Source: Octopus sinensis | Taxonomy: Eukaryota | DNA: 11,428 nt | Assembly: GCF_006345805.1 (NCBI RefSeq) | Contig: NW_021826922.1 | Span: 1 to 11,428 of the forward strand | Direction: 5' to 3' | Shown: piece after piece, positions 8,836 through 11,428 of the stretch | How positions within the stretch are numbered: position 1 is the first letter of the stretch | How the letters are laid out: every line of letters begins with the position of its first letter | Translations under genes and position numbers: made by a program | Notes under the pieces: model-generated | Database searches by the model: none | What the model was told of the DNA's origin: nothing | The model's input: only the letters and a program-made list of their open reading frames with translations

Positions 8836-9236
8836 TGGTGGATTGGCAGAAATATTGGTGCATCGGACAAAATGATCTTCCAGACCTCTACGTTCTGAGA
8901 TCAGATCCGTGGAACAAGCTGCCAGACGAGATGGTGAAGATGCCGACGACCGCTTTGTTCAAAGTCTTCCTTGACCTCAAGTGGCCTGAACTCTTTACAT
9001 GAACACCACCCTGTACTTAACTCCATGTCCCCCTACATGGCCTTGCTATTTGCTTTTGAGCCAAAAATCAACTAACTAACTAACTAACCGCCGAGGTGAA
9101 TTTTTACATTCTTCCTTTCAGGGTCCGTACAATAAATTAGCGGTCAAGTATTAGCGGCTTGATTAAATCCATTCTTCGTCTACCCCCACCCCGCTCAAAA
9201 TTGCTGGCCTCGAGCCAAAATTAGAAAGAATTTATT
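8836..9236 (+). mobile_element. Old SINE family A (tail type 2) split by a LINE fragment
   Basis: The 5' part TGGTGGATTGGCAGAAAT..CGTTCTGAGATCAGATCCG (to 8909) resumes at 9088 as CCGCCGAGGTGAATTTTTACATTCTTCCTTTCAGGGTC..AAATTGCTGGCCTCGAGCCAAAATTAGAAAGAATT. It is colinear with the reverse complement of 2985-3184. Confidence 0.8.
8904..9087 (+). mobile_element. 3' end of a CR1/L2-group LINE (ORF2 C-terminus, 3' UTR, (CTAA)n tail)
   Basis: 8904-9002 encodes DPWNKLPDEMVKMPTTALFKVFLDLKWPELFT*, matching the WNxLP...FKxxLD C-terminal motif of CR1/L2 ORF2. About 70 bp of UTR follows, then (CTAA)4 at 9072-9087. Confidence 0.88.
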
Positions 9237-9453
9237 CGCTTGCATAATCGTTAGATTATCTGAAAATATGTTTGCATTAAATGTCCCGGCTTCTTACTTA
9301 TTAAGTTCAAATCCAGCCGCGGTTAACTTTGCCTTTCACCCACGAAACTCAATAAAATAACGTATTAGTCAAATACTTTGGCCGATGGTATCTATTAACT
9401 CCCTTTTCTTTAAAACTATTGGCTCTGTGTTTGAATTTCAAGCAATTATTATT
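9237..9453 (+). mobile_element. Old, diverged SINE family A, head-to-tail with the previous copy
   Basis: CGCTTGCATAATCGTTAG..AAGTTCAAATCCAGCCGCGGTTAACTTTGCCTTTCACCC..AATAAAATAACGTATTAG..ATTGGCTCTGTG..AATTATTATT. Confidence 0.75.
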
Positions 9454-9467
9454 ACTGTTAATAAGAA

Positions 9468-9491
9468 GGCGGCGAACCGGCAGGATCGTTA
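9468..9491 (+). mobile_element. Isolated 5' head (box A region) of SINE family A
   Basis: GGCGGCGAACCGGCAGGATCGTTA compared with GTGAGCTGGCAGAACCGTTA in the 2985-3184 copy. Confidence 0.6.
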
Positions 9492-9504
9492 TACGTATGT
9501 ATAT

Positions 9505-9633
9505 GTGTGGCTACGTGGTATCAAGCTTACTTCGTAACCCAATGGTTTTGGGTTCAGTCCCACTGCGTGGCAATTTGGGTAAGTGTCTTCTACTAAAGCC
9601 TCGAGCCGACCAGAGCCTTGTGAGTGGAATTGG
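9505..9633 (+). mobile_element. SINE family B, 5' part (tRNA head and CORE-like region)
   Basis: GTGGCTACGTGGTATCAAGCTT..GGTTCAGTCCCACTGCGTGGCAATTTGGGTAAGTGTCTTCTACT..GCCTTGTGAGTGGAATTGG. Confidence 0.92.
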
Positions 9634-9635
9634 CA

Positions 9636-9677
9636 CAAGCTATTGGCGGAGGGGGAACAAACACAGACATAAAGACA
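9636..9677 (-). mobile_element. SINE family B middle fragment in the opposite orientation
   Basis: CAAGCTATTGGCGGAGGGGGAACAAACACAGACATAAAGACA matches CAAGCAATGCTAGGGGGACAAACACAGACACACAAACA (1062-1099) in the same sense as that minus-strand copy. Confidence 0.7.
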
Positions 9678-9892
9678 GTTTATATTGTATTTGGTAACTA
9701 TGCATACATGAATATGACAATGTGTATATCTTTCTATATAAATAAATGTGTATGTGTGTGTGTGTATACATACCAACTGTATACTACCAGCAAACAGCAG
9801 CTAAAGTTGCTTTAAAGTACTTCGAGCTCATTAAGTACACAGCTATTCCTGGCGTCATATACCTGGATTCCAATGAAAATTGTAAATGATCT

Positions 9893-10007
9893 CTTCCTCT
9901 CCCTCACTCTCCGTATTCCTCTCTCTCAAATATGTGTATGTGTGTGTATGTGTGTGTGTGAGTGTGTGTGTGTGTGTGTTGTGTGTGTGTGTTCACGTGT
10001 CTCTCTT

Positions 10008-10046
<39 letters not shown>

Positions 10047-10066
10047 TAATATATATACATACACAC
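9893..10066. repeat. Compound (CT)(TG)n(CT)n(AT)n(AC) microsatellite
   Basis: Directly visible. Confidence 0.95.
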
Positions 10067-10623
10067 ATGGACTCCTAAACTCTTGTATTCTTATTCGCAA
10101 ACCCGGCAACCCTGGTCGCTTACCGTGAAATATAAAAATAACTTTTCTTACTTTATCGTACTTCGATACGAAAAAATCAGTAAACCACTATGTACACACA
10201 TATACATATGTATATATATCATAAGGATTTGTAATAATACTATTCTACATATACAAAAACAGCCATACTACCAATCCAGCATAACTCCATCATCAGCTGC
10301 CCACAGATATCATTATGGTTTCGACACCTTGGCAGTACCGTTCAATCCGGCGATGTCAGCAGCACTAAAATAAGTGTTGTTTGGGAACAAACATTCCAGA
10401 GAAACCACAATTTTCAAACACACTTACCCTATGTACGATCGTAAATCAATAACCAGCCTCTAGATATGTAAATAGACAGCAATCAGACCTTTAAGTCATA
10501 CAAAAAAATATATTTCCTACAGTCAACCATAGTATAATATAAAAGTGAAAGCTGAATAACCACGTTTATTCAATCTAAATATAGGGAGGATTAAACACTA
10601 ACATTGAATTTAGACCACAAAAA

Positions 10624-10967
10624 ATAGATCTATATAAATCTATGTACATCTGTATCAGTATTAATAGTAAACCTACAATAAAAGATCTATATAAATCTAT
10701 GTTACATCTGGTATCAGTATTAATAGTAAACCTACAATAAAAGATCTATATAAATCTATGTACATCTGTATCAGTATTAATAGTAAACCTACAATAAAAG
10801 ATCTATATAAATCTATGTACATCTGTATCAGTATTAATAGTAAACCTACAATAAAAGATCTATATAAATCTATGTACATCTGTATCAGTATTAATAGTAA
10901 ACCTACAATAAAAGATCTATATAAATCTATGTACATCTGTATCAGTATTAATAGTAAACCTACAATA
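10624..10967. repeat. Minisatellite, 6 x 57 bp
   Basis: Unit AAAGATCTATATAAATCTATGTACATCTGTATCAGTATTAATAGTAAACCTACAATA starts at 10624, 10681, 10740, 10797, 10854 and 10911. Copy 2 has two 1-bp insertions. Copies 3-6 are identical. Confidence 0.98.
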
Positions 10968-11028
10968 ACTAAATTATATACAAAATAGCGACCAGATATA
11001 ATATACATCGGCAATTGCCTAGAGTAGC

Positions 11029-11220
11029 TTAGAAGAAGATATATTGGTTAAAAAGGACATGATTACTCGGAGCTATGGCATTGCTAAACAAACACTTTAG
11101 CCACATGACTATACTTGTTTGCTTGGAAGAATATTAAAGCAGATTAATGCAAATGTGCTAGATGTCTAATAAGCCATCATCCTACTCAAAGCATAAATGT
11201 GTTGACATTAACAAAGATGG
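11029..11220 (+). pseudogene. Possible relic of a pogo/Tigger transposase N-terminal (CENP-B/psq-type) HTH
   Basis: 11029-11100 reads LEEDILVKKDMITRSYGIAKQTL*, resembling the K..IA..YGI.KSTL pattern. Downstream KCVDINKD resembles the following linker. The match is short and broken. Confidence 0.3.
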
Positions 11221-11372
11221 AAATCTGGAAAGGACCAAAAGGATCTTGGTAGATTTATTAGCCTGTTCGGGAAAACGAAATAAAGTTTGTCTGTACGCCT
11301 GTTTGTTTGCGTGTGAGTGTAAGCGTGTTTCATTGCGTAAATGAATATATACGGGAAATGAATCTATTTACC

Positions 11373-11428
<56 letters not shown>
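11373..11428. repeat. (ATCT)14 = (GATA)n tetranucleotide microsatellite, running off the window
   Basis: Perfect repeat. Confidence 0.98.

Noticed and set aside
10624-11014. 57-bp array as a CRISPR array or a 19-aa repeat protein
   Set aside because: There are no unique spacers and no cas genes, and the context is eukaryotic. The ORFs arise only because the unit length is divisible by 3.

Overview
AT-rich, repeat-saturated eukaryotic DNA, most likely intronic or intergenic sequence from an octopus or other coleoid cephalopod. This is inferred from tRNA-derived SINEs resembling the octopus OK/OR1/OR2 group and very dense simple repeats. I see no intact protein-coding gene. Nearly all listed ORFs are translations of microsatellites or SINEs. 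The window holds about 11 full or partial copies of two SINE families (called A and B here) and the 3' end of a CR1/L2-type LINE nested inside an old SINE. It also holds a decayed gag-like LINE ORF1 on the minus strand whose frame is restored when one SINE is removed, a 6 x 57-bp minisatellite possibly inside a pogo/Tigger fossil, a 28-bp inverted-repeat hairpin cluster, and many compound microsatellites. Retroelements left of about 5.95 kb lie on the minus strand and almost all to the right lie on the plus strand. I cannot support a new biological system here. The interesting signals concern transposon nesting, SINE modularity and possible RNA/DNA secondary structure.
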